From the human T2T-CHM13v2.0 reference genome, Homo sapiens: a DNA stretch of 64,000 nucleotides. Both the position numbers and the translations under genes were made by a program. Every line of letters starts with the position of its first letter. The stretch's first letter is position 1. Of the stretch, positions 62,020 through 64,000 are shown one piece after another. Location: assembly GCF_009914755.1 (NCBI RefSeq), contig NC_060928.1; one strand, 5' to 3'. A model generated the notes under the pieces. The model saw only the letters and a list, made by a program, of their open reading frames with translations, made no database searches and was not told the origin of the DNA.

Positions 62020-62165
62020 GCTAAGTCTCTGTTCTCATATTTGTAAACAGGTATAGTAATAGTGCCCATTTCATAGGGTTATTGGAAGATCAAATAAGAC
62101 AATCACATGGAGGACACGGAAGAATGCTTGGCATATAGTGAGCACTCAACATCTGTCAGCCATTC
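62020..62165. mobile_element. MIR fragment
   Basis: ctcatatttgtaaa...tcatagggttattggaagat...ggcatatagtgagcactcaa. Confidence 0.7.
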
Positions 62166-62372
62166 TTACCAGTTGTGTAAATTACTTTCTAGGAGCTTAC
62201 TGTGGGAATGTCTTGGAAAAAACGTCATGGCTTTTAAAATTCCTGGTATTTTCTGGCAATGACTATTGATTTTCACAAGAAAAATTGGGATTCACTACTA
62301 AAATAAGTTTTCTTACATGAAATATGCCCAGGTCTGGGTACAAAGGTAAACTGTACATAATAAAAAATTTGT

Positions 62373-63515
<1,143 letters not shown>

Positions 63516-64000
63516 GCTTGCTATTTTTGATATGTGTTTCAAACATCTCCCAAATGAAGTATGAGAAACGTAATTAGGTATTACCATGGACTCAGAATTC
63601 ATATTTTTCCTTCCTATCCCTCATCTTCCCCAATGATTGCCTAGCTTTGCTCACAGATTTTATCCCCATGGTTTAGTCTGTCTCCAGCTCTGCATGAGAC
63701 CAGAGTTCTTCAAAATAATCTCACTTTAGGGAAAGGACAGAAATTGGACAATGACAGCTCTATGGTCTGGACATTGTTTGGCACTTTGTTGGGGAAAAGG
63801 GGAGAATTGAAACTCTTTACTAAAGTTATTATTTCTCCAATTTCATTCTCACTGTGTTTACAAGAAAAGCCAAAGGAATGACTTCCTCAGAAAGGGGACC
63901 ACTCTCTAATATTGGCAGGTACCAGGATAGAGGCCCACAGCTAACTGTGCTACTGAGATAGTAACGGAAAGTATAGATTCTCTAATCAGGCAAAAGTGCC

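Overview
Human (primate) genomic DNA, AT-rich and very Alu-dense (about 57 Alu/FLAM/FRAM copies by eye), with L1, L2, MIR, MaLR/ERVL LTR and hAT relics. The only coding sequence I can support was too short for the ORF track: a 64-nt minus-strand first coding exon at 7804-7867 (GCCATGG Kozak, MASVSYQKPTSTTVGKQMIFT-G, CAG|gtaaat donor). I recognise it from memory as the N-terminus of SPMIP2/C4orf45, a sperm microtubule inner protein gene (human 4q32). Positions 1-7803 would be its first intron and >8 kb its upstream region, which from memory runs toward RAPGEF2 (not in this window). Other notable items: RFX X-boxes (one at the promoter, one near-perfect about 30 kb upstream), a consensus-identical AluYa5, a Y1 RNA retrocopy with a 15-bp TSD, a 5'-truncated L1PA, several candidate upstream minus-strand exons, and an Alu carrying a templated-looking AT-rich insertion. 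Most listed ORFs are repeat-derived or chance frames. I found no convincing previously undescribed biological system. Repeat subfamily labels and boundaries are by-eye estimates from remembered consensus sequences and need RepeatMasker/Dfam confirmation.
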